64,000 bases of DNA from a virus: IMG/VR virus record IMGVR_UViG_3300046543_000386, positions 2,754 to 66,753 of that record. The stretch is one strand, 5' to 3'. The notes beneath the pieces are model-generated. The model had not been told where the DNA came from. It searched no databases and was given only the letters and a program-made list of their open reading frames with translations. The position numbers and the translations under genes are program-made. Shown here in pieces: positions 25,873-35,000 of the stretch; within the stretch, counting starts at the first letter, position 1; each line of letters starts with the position of its first letter.

Positions 25873-26578
25873 AGGAGACTACCTGATTGACCTCGACGCG
25901 GACCCCTGGCGGGGCGGCGATGGTGACCACCACGACGTGCTGGGGACCCGGCATCGGGATGGCGGGTTTCTCGGGTGGCGCCGTGCCTGCCCACTGCGCC
26001 TTCAGAAGGTGATCATCCACCCCGGAGCGGTTGCAATCCACATCCCCCGACACGCCGGGGGCTGCGCCCTTGTCGGTGTACTGCCAGAGGAAATACCGGG
26101 GCCAGATCTGCTTTGGCCAATCCGGCTGCGGCGCGCTGGTGTATTGCGCCACCCATAGCTGGTGCTCCTTCAGCCAGTGGATCACGGTGTCGCCCACCTG
26201 CTCCTTCAGCACGTGCCCCGAATAGATCACCGCCCGACGCTTGGTGAGCGTCCAGATCGCGGCCAGGAACTCGCGGAGGTCATCGAGGCTGACGCCGGTA
26301 TCCTCGTGATCGGCACATATCAGATCGTCATTGCCGGGCATGGCGACCTTCAGGAAACGCTGTGCCTGCGCGTGCATGTCACCGGGGCGCAGGAAATGGT
26401 ACGCCCCCCACAGCAACCCGGCATGCCGGGCATCGACCCGGCGCTGGCTATAGGTCGGATCGGTGTAATCGTCCGACTCGGTCGCCTTGTGGATAACCCC
26501 CAGAATCCCAGCCTTGCGAATCGCGGCAAACGACTCGACCCCGTTGTGGTGGCTGAGGTCTAAGACATCAGTGCTCAT
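25871..26578 (-). CDS. endolysin, glycoside hydrolase family 25 muramidase
   Basis: LDLSHHN, HKATES, WGAYHF, ICADHED (DxE), LWVAQY, LWQYTDKG...GDVDCN. Confidence 0.92.
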   Translation of the reverse strand: MSTDVLDLSHHNGVESFAAIRKAGILGVIHKATESDDYTDPTYSQRRVDARHAGLLWGAYHFLRPGDMHAQAQRFLKVAMPGNDDLICADHEDTGVSLDDLREFLAAIWTLTKRRAVIYSGHVLKEQVGDTVIHWLKEHQLWVAQYTSAPQPDWPKQIWPRYFLWQYTDKGAAPGVSGDVDCNRSGVDDHLLKAQWAGTAPPEKPAIPMPGPQHVVVVTIAAPPGVRVEVNQVVS

Positions 26579-26919
26579 GGGTTCTTTTCCCTGTTGAGGT
26601 CTTGTTGCAGCCGGGTCAGCAGAACCCCTTGGGTCTGCTGGGTTGCCGATAGGTCGGCCATCTTCTGCTGCATCTGAAGCAGGCCTTCAAGGATGCGGTC
26701 GGCCCGCGCGATCACCGCGTCCACCTTGGCATTGGCGGTCTGCACCGGTCCCGACCCATGGGTTTCCAGGGCCGCGATACGAAGCTCATGGCTGACCGCT
26801 TGCTGGCGCATCGTGCCGATCTCAGCGCCAATGATGAACACGTAGAGGCCGACAGATACGGCAGCCCCCAGCACGCCGATGGTCAGCCAGCTTGGCCGTT
26901 TTGGCGGGTCCTCTGCCAC
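26575..26919 (-). CDS. single-TM plus coiled-coil lysis-cassette protein (holin/antiholin candidate)
   Basis: N-terminal hydrophobic helix then heptad region; ATGA-coupled to the endolysin. Confidence 0.55.
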   Translation of the reverse strand: MAEDPPKRPSWLTIGVLGAAVSVGLYVFIIGAEIGTMRQQAVSHELRIAALETHGSGPVQTANAKVDAVIARADRILEGLLQMQQKMADLSATQQTQGVLLTRLQQDLNREKNP

Positions 26920-26976
26920 ATCATGGCCAGGAAGGTGCTATTGATGGCGCCGACATATCCACAAGAGATCGGTGCC

Positions 26977-27177
26977 ATGAACATATTTGTGACGATGCCC
27001 ATACGGATAACAACCGATCTTGCAGGACGAATAGACGAGTTTTGGCACGAGCGTCGGCTGGTGAGCCGCGCTGCTGCCATTCGCGAATTGCTGGAACTCG
27101 GGCTGTCACGGGACCCTCAAGGGCGCCAGACCCACGAACCTCCCGCCCAAGAGCATATCCAAGAGGATCAGAACTAA
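26977..27177 (+). CDS. ribbon-helix-helix (CopG/Arc-like) DNA-binding protein
   Basis: VTMPIRITTDLAGRIDEFWHERRLVSRAAAIRELLELGL: ribbon, helix A and SR..AIR.L helix B. Confidence 0.7.
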   Translation: MNIFVTMPIRITTDLAGRIDEFWHERRLVSRAAAIRELLELGLSRDPQGRQTHEPPAQEHIQEDQN

Positions 27178-27303
27178 TATAAGCGCCATTATCACTTGCA
27201 CAATAACCGCAAACGGAGGCGGCAATGGCAGTAGTGTAATAATGTAATACACCACCCCAAATATCAGGCATAAAATCAATATGTATATGAGCAACGAAAT
27301 CAT
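27106..27303 (-). CDS. two-TM small membrane protein (holin candidate)
   Basis: MISLLIYILILCLIFGVVYYIITLLPLPPPFAVIVQVIMALILVLILLDMLLGG; next to the endolysin. Confidence 0.7.
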   Translation of the reverse strand: MISLLIYILILCLIFGVVYYIITLLPLPPPFAVIVQVIMALILVLILLDMLLGGRFVGLAPLRVP

Positions 27304-29456
27304 ACGACCATCCCCCACCGGATGACATGCGGCTTCATCGGAGTCGGCCCTGGCGAGGTGTATTCCCAGGCGCCAATGTCCCACGATGCGCCCTGCGGCC
27401 GGGCGGTGCCAACGATATCGGCGGCAGAAGGTATATTGGTCGTATCCGTCACGCCCGCGTTGATGGCGTTTGAGCCAATCTTCAGGCGGCAATCGAGCGT
27501 CGCATAAACCGTATTGAGGAACTGGTTCGCGAAGACCGCATTCGTGATGTTCCCGACAGTGCCAGGGCACGCCGTTGTATCGACGCAGTTGTGTCCATCC
27601 GCAGTGGTGCCAGACCCGGCGGGATTATCGGCAAACCCAAAAGAGCAGCTATTGCGGACGGTGTTTCCGCTGCCACTCAGAAGGTAGCCGTATAGACCGG
27701 CGCCGTATTCGGGGGGCCGCACCAGCGTGCAGTTAATCACCTTGGTGCCATTATACACCTCAAGGCCTATTTGATTGGTTCCCGTGGACACTATAAGGGT
27801 ATTCCTTATCGTCCCCGCGCTATCAAAATACAAAATGCCGGTGTTGTTGTTTTTCGTTGTGCTCTCAACAATACAATTGTCCACCGTGCAATTGCTGGTG
27901 AGGAAGAAGAAGAAACGCGGTATGCCACCTCCCGTTCCTTTAGCCTGTATCCTTGATATCGTTATGTATGGGCTGCCAGCCTGAATGACGAAGACATGGT
28001 CACCGGGCTGCACGATTGACACACCATTCGCCGAGTTGAACCTCAAGGCATTGGTGAGCCGGTTTGGATTGTCGATGAAACTCTGCCCGGCCGCCGCCGT
28101 CAGCGTGATCGTATGCGTGGCGTCGGTCGTGAAGCCGCTGAACGTCATGCCGTTATCGGCGGGATTGTTGAACACGCTGTCATTGTAGCATTGGCCGACA
28201 TAGCTGTTGCCGTCAGTGACAAGGTTCATCGGCAACGCCGCGATCCAAGAGGTGATGGTCGAATAGTTCCGGCCAGCCGCCGCCCCCGCGCTACCGATGC
28301 TCGCCAGTATGGGCGCCTGCGTCCATTCATGCGGCCCGACATCCCAGGCGCTACCCTGCGGCCGTGACGTGCCGTAGGTATCCACGGCGGTGGGTAGGTG
28401 CGTGATGTCGGCGTAGCCCGCGTTGATGGCGTCGGCGCCACCCCTCAGGCGGAAATTGTTATCCACACGGACGAACTGATTGGCCGCCGTCTTGCCGAAC
28501 AAGGTGCCGGTATCGGTCCAGCCGCTCGGGTAGCTGGCGAAATCCACGACGTTGTTGCGCGCCACACCCGACGTCATGTTGGTGTTGCCGATGCCCGCCC
28601 AGCCGAAAATGTTGCAATTGGTGACCGTCGTGACACCGCTGTAGTTGCGGTGAATGGCGTCGCCGGTCTGCGCGTTCAGCGTGATCATGTTGCAGTTGGT
28701 GAAGGTCGGGCTGTTGTTCTGCCCGTTCCATATCGGGCTGTTGTTTCCGGAAGGCTGGTAGTCGATCAGCGTGCAGTTGGTGTAGGAGCAGGGATCGGCT
28801 ACGCCTGATCCGGTGATGCCGTTACCGGGCTGCTGGTTGTTGTAAGAGCGTATGATGGTGCGCGTGACGGCAATCTGACCCCCCAGCGCCAGCGCCGAGT
28901 TGAGCGATGCCGTGTCGGAGCGACGCCGCATCTGGATGCCGTCAAAGGTGCCGAAATTCTCCTGAAACAGCATGAAGTAATCGTGGTTTGGCCCGCGCGT
29001 CATGCACACGCCGTAGGCCGGGTCGGGGTAGAGCGGATTGCTCAGGTGGCTGGGACTGTCGGCAAAGCTCTCGCCCGGCGCGCAGCGGAAGTTGATGCTG
29101 AAGGCCGACGTGGTGTTGTGGCCGGTACACGACACCACGCCAGGGTTCGACCAGAAGCACAGGATCTCATTGTCGTTCCAGATCACCATGTCGTAGCGAT
29201 CCGTCACCGGTCCGATGATCAGCGGGATGAACGCGTAAATGTCACTGGCATCGAAGGTGCTCGTCCATTTCCACACGCACGAGCCGTCAGTGATGCTGCT
29301 GCCGGTGCCTGTCGGGCCGCCGGATGACGCGCTCGTGCCTGGAGTGACGATGTGATAGGCGTTGCCGCCGTTGCTGCGGCGCATGTCCACGGTGTTGTAG
29401 GCCGTGCTCGGCGCCCACGCCGTCAGCCCCGGCCGCAGGTTCTTGGTGATTGTCAT
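27300..29456 (-). CDS. tail spike-like protein with two tandem beta-helix units (choice-of-anchor-Q-like ends)
   Basis: N-terminal WAPSTAY...TDGSCVWKW; NC(T/N)(L/I/M) beta-helix repeats; twice RL..G..AINAG..D...D..GT.RPQG..WD.G..E. Confidence 0.65.
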   Translation of the reverse strand: MTITKNLRPGLTAWAPSTAYNTVDMRRSNGGNAYHIVTPGTSASSGGPTGTGSSITDGSCVWKWTSTFDASDIYAFIPLIIGPVTDRYDMVIWNDNEILCFWSNPGVVSCTGHNTTSAFSINFRCAPGESFADSPSHLSNPLYPDPAYGVCMTRGPNHDYFMLFQENFGTFDGIQMRRRSDTASLNSALALGGQIAVTRTIIRSYNNQQPGNGITGSGVADPCSYTNCTLIDYQPSGNNSPIWNGQNNSPTFTNCNMITLNAQTGDAIHRNYSGVTTVTNCNIFGWAGIGNTNMTSGVARNNVVDFASYPSGWTDTGTLFGKTAANQFVRVDNNFRLRGGADAINAGYADITHLPTAVDTYGTSRPQGSAWDVGPHEWTQAPILASIGSAGAAAGRNYSTITSWIAALPMNLVTDGNSYVGQCYNDSVFNNPADNGMTFSGFTTDATHTITLTAAAGQSFIDNPNRLTNALRFNSANGVSIVQPGDHVFVIQAGSPYITISRIQAKGTGGGIPRFFFFLTSNCTVDNCIVESTTKNNNTGILYFDSAGTIRNTLIVSTGTNQIGLEVYNGTKVINCTLVRPPEYGAGLYGYLLSGSGNTVRNSCSFGFADNPAGSGTTADGHNCVDTTACPGTVGNITNAVFANQFLNTVYATLDCRLKIGSNAINAGVTDTTNIPSAADIVGTARPQGASWDIGAWEYTSPGPTPMKPHVIRWGMVV

Positions 29457-29866
29457 CCGATGACGTTGTCGCTGCCGCCGACCCGTTTGGGATCGGGCAG
29501 CGGGTCCTTCTTCACCTTCAGCGCCATGACCTCGTCAAACGGCACGGTCGCGCCCTCGCCCGCACGCAGCACGCCACCCGTGTAGGAATCCACATCCACC
29601 TTGAAGCCCCTGAACTGCAAGGTGTTGCTCAAGCTCCACCATTCCATGCCGATCTCCAGCGGCGCCTCAGGGAAGATGAACACCGCCAGATCCTCGGGCG
29701 CGGCATCGGGCACCACGACGATGGTGAACGGCGCGGCGCGCTCGGCCGCACCCCAGTTCCACCCGTCAGCCATCACCCGGATCACGTCGCCACGCTGCGG
29801 CTGCTTGGACGTGCTTTCGATGTCGGGGCTGATCCGATCCTCCATGCAGACCATCATCTCGGCCAT
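29453..29866 (-). CDS. hypothetical protein, paralog of 30210-30632
   Basis: MAEMMVCMEDR...PQRGD...VDVDSYTGGVLRA...PLPDPK; TGATG coupling. Confidence 0.7.
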   Translation of the reverse strand: MAEMMVCMEDRISPDIESTSKQPQRGDVIRVMADGWNWGAAERAAPFTIVVVPDAAPEDLAVFIFPEAPLEIGMEWWSLSNTLQFRGFKVDVDSYTGGVLRAGEGATVPFDEVMALKVKKDPLPDPKRVGGSDNVIG

Positions 29867-30198
29867 CAGTCGTATGCGGCCGTGGTGGCGGTGTGCCACC
29901 CGTCCCACTCCTGCACCACGTCGCCTTGCGCATTGCGATGCGAGTAGATGCACCAGAACTCCGCGTCATCGGTCAGCGCGGTGATCTCGTGAATGACGTC
30001 CTTCTTCACCAGAAAATGCGCGGGCGCGGTGAAGTCCCGTTCGATCACCGTGCCATTGGGCAGCGTGGCGTGAACGTGAATCCCCCCTTTGAACACGATA
30101 GTCGTGTGATCAAAATGGTGCTTGTGCCCTTCTACAACCTCGCCAACCCGACTGAACTTTGTAGGCCTGATGAAGACATTTCCAGAAACCCACTCCAT
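29866..30198 (-). CDS. cupin-fold protein
   Basis: GHKHHFDHTTIVFKG...APAHFLVKKDVIHEITAL; AAGGAG RBS. Confidence 0.72.
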   Translation of the reverse strand: MEWVSGNVFIRPTKFSRVGEVVEGHKHHFDHTTIVFKGGIHVHATLPNGTVIERDFTAPAHFLVKKDVIHEITALTDDAEFWCIYSHRNAQGDVVQEWDGWHTATTAAYD

Positions 30199-30209
30199 GC
30201 CCCACTCCT

Positions 30210-30632
30210 TTATCCAATGATCCGCTCCGACTGCCCGACGATCTTGGGATCAGGCAGCGGAGGCCGTTGTGTCTTTAGCGCCAGCACCTCGTCTTTCGGC
30301 ACCGTGGCGGTGCCTGCCGCACGCAGGACCCCGCCCGTGTAGCTGTCCACATCCACGAAGAACCCACGATATTGCAGCGTATTATCCATGCCGCCAAAAA
30401 ACGCCGTTTCATTTCCGACGACCGGCGCTTCATGGGACAGCAGCGACGCATAATCCGCAGGAACAGAGCCGGGCGCCATGACAACGAGAAAAAACGGGTG
30501 GCCAAGCTCCATATCGCCCCACGCCCATCCATCTTCCTGCGCGCAGATCATATCGCCGCGCTGGGGAAATTTCGACGTGCGCTCATGCGATCCCGCGTCG
30601 CGGTTCTCCATGAAGATCAGTAACTCGGCCAT
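30210..30632 (-). CDS. hypothetical protein, paralog of 29453-29866
   Basis: MAELLIFMENRD...PQRGD...VDVDSYTGGVLRA...PLPDPK. Confidence 0.7.
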   Translation of the reverse strand: MAELLIFMENRDAGSHERTSKFPQRGDMICAQEDGWAWGDMELGHPFFLVVMAPGSVPADYASLLSHEAPVVGNETAFFGGMDNTLQYRGFFVDVDSYTGGVLRAAGTATVPKDEVLALKTQRPPLPDPKIVGQSERIIG

Positions 30633-31084
30633 CACGGCGCCTTCACGGTGAAGAACACCGTCCCACCCGTCGGCGCGGTGCCGCTGATGATGCACCACAG
30701 ATGCTGGCCCGCCGCGATGATGTTCGCCCCCGTGGCGGTGGCCACCGTGTCGCTGGTGGTGCTGCTGCTGGAGACGCTGCTGATGCCGGTGACCGGCGTG
30801 TAGGTGCCTGGGGGACCGATGGCCGCCGAGTAGGTCAGGGTGCCCGAGACGACATGCGCATACCCCGCCAGCACCGTGCCGCCATTTGTCACCGGACCCA
30901 GATCGTACGTGCCAACCGGAACCACGTCGGTGGTGTTGTTCGACAACCCGACGATCAGCGACGAGGTCGCCGTCAGCGCGCCGTTCACCCATTTGGCGCC
31001 GTCCCATTTCCACACCACCCCGCCGGGGCCGGTGAAGGTGGTGGGAGGAGATGTGGTGGGGCTGTCCGGAAAGTTGAGCGCCAT
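30632..31084 (-). CDS. tail-associated hypothetical protein
   Basis: MALNFPDSPT...WKWDGAKW motif common in phage fibre proteins. Confidence 0.65.
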   Translation of the reverse strand: MALNFPDSPTTSPPTTFTGPGGVVWKWDGAKWVNGALTATSSLIVGLSNNTTDVVPVGTYDLGPVTNGGTVLAGYAHVVSGTLTYSAAIGPPGTYTPVTGISSVSSSSTTSDTVATATGANIIAAGQHLWCIISGTAPTGGTVFFTVKAP

Positions 31085-31878
31085 TATGCCATCACTATAA
31101 CGGTTGAACCGGCGATGGGGATGATCGGCGTATAGGTGATGATGATCAGCCCGTTGCTGCCATTGCCCCCCAGCTTGGCGGGCGAGCTATTGGTGCTGTA
31201 GCCACCGCCCCCGCCGCCGCCGTATTGCCCTGCGGGACCGCCCTGAATGGCGGTATTGCCGGATGCGCCGCCGCTGCCGCTGCCGTGCGTGCTGTCAAAC
31301 TGCGCGCCCGAACTGCCTGACGTTCCCGATGTCGTTGCCCCCAGCGTGGTGCCGCCATCCGCGTTGCCGCCCACTCCGAATGTCGAGGTCGTGCCGGTAC
31401 CGCCCACACTGCCCGCGCCATGTGGCCCGGCGCCCCCTCCACCGCCGCCACCACGCCCGCTGGCGCCGCTGGTGGCCGCACCTCCCGCCGCCCCGGCAAA
31501 GCCCCCGGTGGCGGGGAAGAACGACGAACCAGCCGCACCCGCGCCGATGCCGGTCGGCCCGCTGGTGCCGCCCATGGCCGACACACAGCCTGCGGCGGTG
31601 GAGTTGGTGGTGCTGTTGACATTGAAATTCGTCGCCTTGTTGGCGAGCACGAGCGATGCGTAGGACACCCAATAGCTCACCGTGGCGCCCAGCGACAGGT
31701 TGCTGGCCGTCGCGTAAGCGCCGCCGCCCCCACCGCCCGCCGCGACGTTATTGGCTCCGGTGCCCCCGGTTCCGCCATTGCCGACGCATTCGACCTTGTT
31801 CACCGGGTTCCAGTCACTCGGAAGGGTCCATGACTGAACAGTGGTGTTGCCTGACGAGGTGAGGAATACCGTGGTCAT
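31084..31878 (-). CDS. glycine-rich tail-associated protein
   Basis: SWTLPSDW...VECVGNGGTGG...GGGGGGAYA...GGNGSNGLIIITY glycine-rich domain. Confidence 0.72.
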   Translation of the reverse strand: MTTVFLTSSGNTTVQSWTLPSDWNPVNKVECVGNGGTGGTGANNVAAGGGGGGAYATASNLSLGATVSYWVSYASLVLANKATNFNVNSTTNSTAAGCVSAMGGTSGPTGIGAGAAGSSFFPATGGFAGAAGGAATSGASGRGGGGGGGAGPHGAGSVGGTGTTSTFGVGGNADGGTTLGATTSGTSGSSGAQFDSTHGSGSGGASGNTAIQGGPAGQYGGGGGGGYSTNSSPAKLGGNGSNGLIIITYTPIIPIAGSTVIVMA

Positions 31879-32093
31879 GCCCAGACGATCCGTTCGACAA
31901 TCCGTTCGATCTCAGCCATCGAGCGCGCGTTCATGTACTCTTCGCGCGGCACCAGCACCAAGGAGATCGGCTCTTTCAGGCCGCGAATGAGCAGCCAGCG
32001 CGGATCGTCCAGTTCGTCGTCGCTGTCGGGATTGATCACCGCCAGGATGGTGCCCGATTGCATGCTGCGCACCACGCCGATGAACTCGCTCAT
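31875..32093 (-). CDS. hypothetical protein
   Basis: 72 aa, ATGA-coupled on both sides. Confidence 0.6.
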   Translation of the reverse strand: MSEFIGVVRSMQSGTILAVINPDSDDELDDPRWLLIRGLKEPISLVLVPREEYMNARSMAEIERIVERIVWA

Positions 32094-35000
32094 ACGCGCT
32101 GCCCCAGGATGGTGATGCTCAAATCCGCCAAGGTGCCATCTTGCGTGACCGGAGCCTGGATCTGCAACACGTCACCGATGCCGATGGAACCACCGGAGCC
32201 GGTCAGGATGCACCCCGTGTTCGAATTGGCTGATACCGATATCGTGCCGACGGCGCTGATCGTCGTGCCGCCCGTGATCTTGTTCAGGATGAAGGATGGC
32301 GTGCCTCCGGTCGGGGTGCTGGTGTAGATCACCGACCCCGCCAGCCCCGCCGGGACCGTCAGCGCCCAGGGCATGGCCACGTTGTATTTCGCGCTCGACG
32401 CAGGCTTGCCCGCGAGGAAGAACGACACCGGCACCGACTGCAACGCCTGCGGCAGATTGGCGTAGGCGATGGCGGGCTGCACCAGGGAATTAGCTATGAC
32501 CCACTGGGTGCTCGTTCCGTCATTGTAACCAACATATAGCTGCCCTTCCGCGCTCGACCACCACGTCCCGCCGTTGGTTGGGGTAGGTGCCGTATCTTGA
32601 ATGACGAGGCTGCTGCCAGGACCGCCCGACGCGCTGATGACGCCGCTGGGGTCGATGGCAATGCCCGATCCGGCGATGACCCCGCCAAGCGTCGAAGAGG
32701 TGGCCTTGGCCAGCGACAGCGTGCCCGTGCTGGTGATCGAGGTCCCGGTGTCCGCCGTCAGGCCGACACCCACATAGATGGGACCGGCCATCCCGCTGCC
32801 GGTGGTGCCCGATGTGCTGATCACGCCACTGCCGTCAATCGTAATGCCGCCGCCCGCGATGACACCGCCCAAAGCGAGCGAGGTGGCGGGCTTGACATAG
32901 ATCTGCTGCAAGTTGCGCGTCAGGCCCGCACCCAGCGTGAGCGCCCCGACGGCGGTATCGACACTGAGCACACCGCTGTTGCTGAGGGTGCCGCTGTTGT
33001 TCGTGATGCCGCTGGTGACGTTGAGCGAGATCGTGCCGGTGTCAGTGATCACGCCACCCGCGAGCACGCCCCCTGCGGTGACACTGCGCACCGTGCCCTG
33101 CGGCACGTCGGCCCAAGTCATCGCAGCCGCGCCAGCTTGCGATGTGAGCGCCTGCCCGGCGGTGCCAGGAGTAATAGGCAGCGTGAAATTGTAAGTACCT
33201 GCTGCGGAAGCAGGCTGCACGGTAACCGTGCCCGATGTGACGCCCTTGAGGTTCAATGCGCCCGTTGCAGTGGTCGTGCCGCCCAATGTCACGGTGCTGA
33301 TAGCGTCAGTGACAATTCCAGTAGTGGTCTTTGGTGCTGCACCAGGGCCGCCGCCGAGAACGATTGCGTTGCTGCCTAGCGCGAGTGAACTCTGCCACTG
33401 CGTTGTTGAGTTGAAGAACGGCACGCCGCCACTGTTGCCCGCGACCGTCAGCGCGGGGGTCGAGGTCGGCGTTGCAACTGTGACAATGCCGCCCGTGAAG
33501 CTGACGCTGCTGACCGTGCCCGTGCCCGTCGCGGTGATCGTGCCGCCCGCATTGACGGCAAGGCCGGTGCTCACGATCACCCCGCCAAGAACGGAGGATG
33601 TGGCGGCGGCGAGCGCGAGGGTGCCGTTCGCGGGCGAGGTCAGGCCGGTGCCCGCCAGCAGCCCCACCGTGCCGGTGTTGGTGATGACACCGCCACTGAG
33701 CACGCCGCCTGCGGTGATGGTGGTGACGGCGTTGGTCGGCACGTCGCTCCACGTCATCGCCGTGGTGCCGCCACCCTGCGAGGTGAGCACCTGCCCGACA
33801 TTGCCCGCCGCGATTGGCAGGTTGAAATTGTACGAACCCGGCGCCGACGCCTGCGGCTTCACGATCACAGAACCGCTGACGCCGCCCGCCAGCGCCAGGG
33901 TGCCGGTGGCCGATGTCGATCCGCCAATGGTCAAAGAAGACGCGCCGTCAGTGGCGAACCCTGCCGTCGTCTTTGGCCCGGCGGCACCCCCCAGCATCAG
34001 CGCGTTCGTGGTCAGGGCGGTGGACGACGCCCAGGCCGACGCGCTGGAGAAATAGGGCACGCCGCCTGAGGTGCCCGCCACCGTTAGCGCCAGGACGCCC
34101 GCGCCAGTAATCGGAGAGCCGCCAACGGTTATCAGGCCGCCCGTGAAGGTCTGCGCGACGCTGGTGACCGTGCCGGTGCCGCTGGCGGTGATCGTGCCGC
34201 CCGCGTTGATGCCGATGCCGTTGCCCGCGATCACCCCGCCCAGGACGAGCGAGGTGGCGGGCGCGATAGAGATCGTGCCGTTGACTGCCGATGTCAGGCC
34301 GGTGCCGACGGCAAGCCCTATGGTGCCCGCCGTCGAGATCGATCCGCCACTGAGCACGCCGCCTGCGGTGATGGTGGTGACGGTGCCAACCCCGGTCGCG
34401 GTGACCGACAGCGTGCCGTTCGCATCGATGGTGGTGCCAGAGCCGCCAATGATGCCGCCCAGCGCGAGGCTGCTGGCGGGCTTGACATAGATCTGCTGCA
34501 AATTGCGCGACAGTCCAGCGCCCAGCGTGAGCGCCCCGGTGGCGGTATCGAGCGACAGCACGCCCGCGTTGTTGATGGTGTTGCCACCCGTGATGAGGAT
34601 GCCGGTGCCCTGCACGGGCGCGGTCCCCGTTGCCGTCAGCGTGCCGTTGGTGGCCAGCGCCAATCCCGTGCCGACGGTGATCGCTGACGGCGGCGCCGTG
34701 CTGATGGCGGGGTTGCCAAACAGCGAGCTTGCGGCAATCGGCGTCAGCCCCACCGTGCCGGTGGCGGTGATCGGGCCGCCCGTGATGCCGTTATTGGTGG
34801 TGATCGATTGCACCGTTCCGGTGCTCGACGTGAGGTTTCCGCTGACATCGACGGTGACGCCGTTGCCCGCGATGATGCCGCCCAAGGCGACGGCGGTGGC
34901 GGGCTTGACGGCGATGGTGTTGCCGTTGGTGATCGTGATGCCCGTGCTCTGCACCAGCGTGGGCGTCTTGCCATCGACGTATTGCTTGGTGGCGGCTTCC

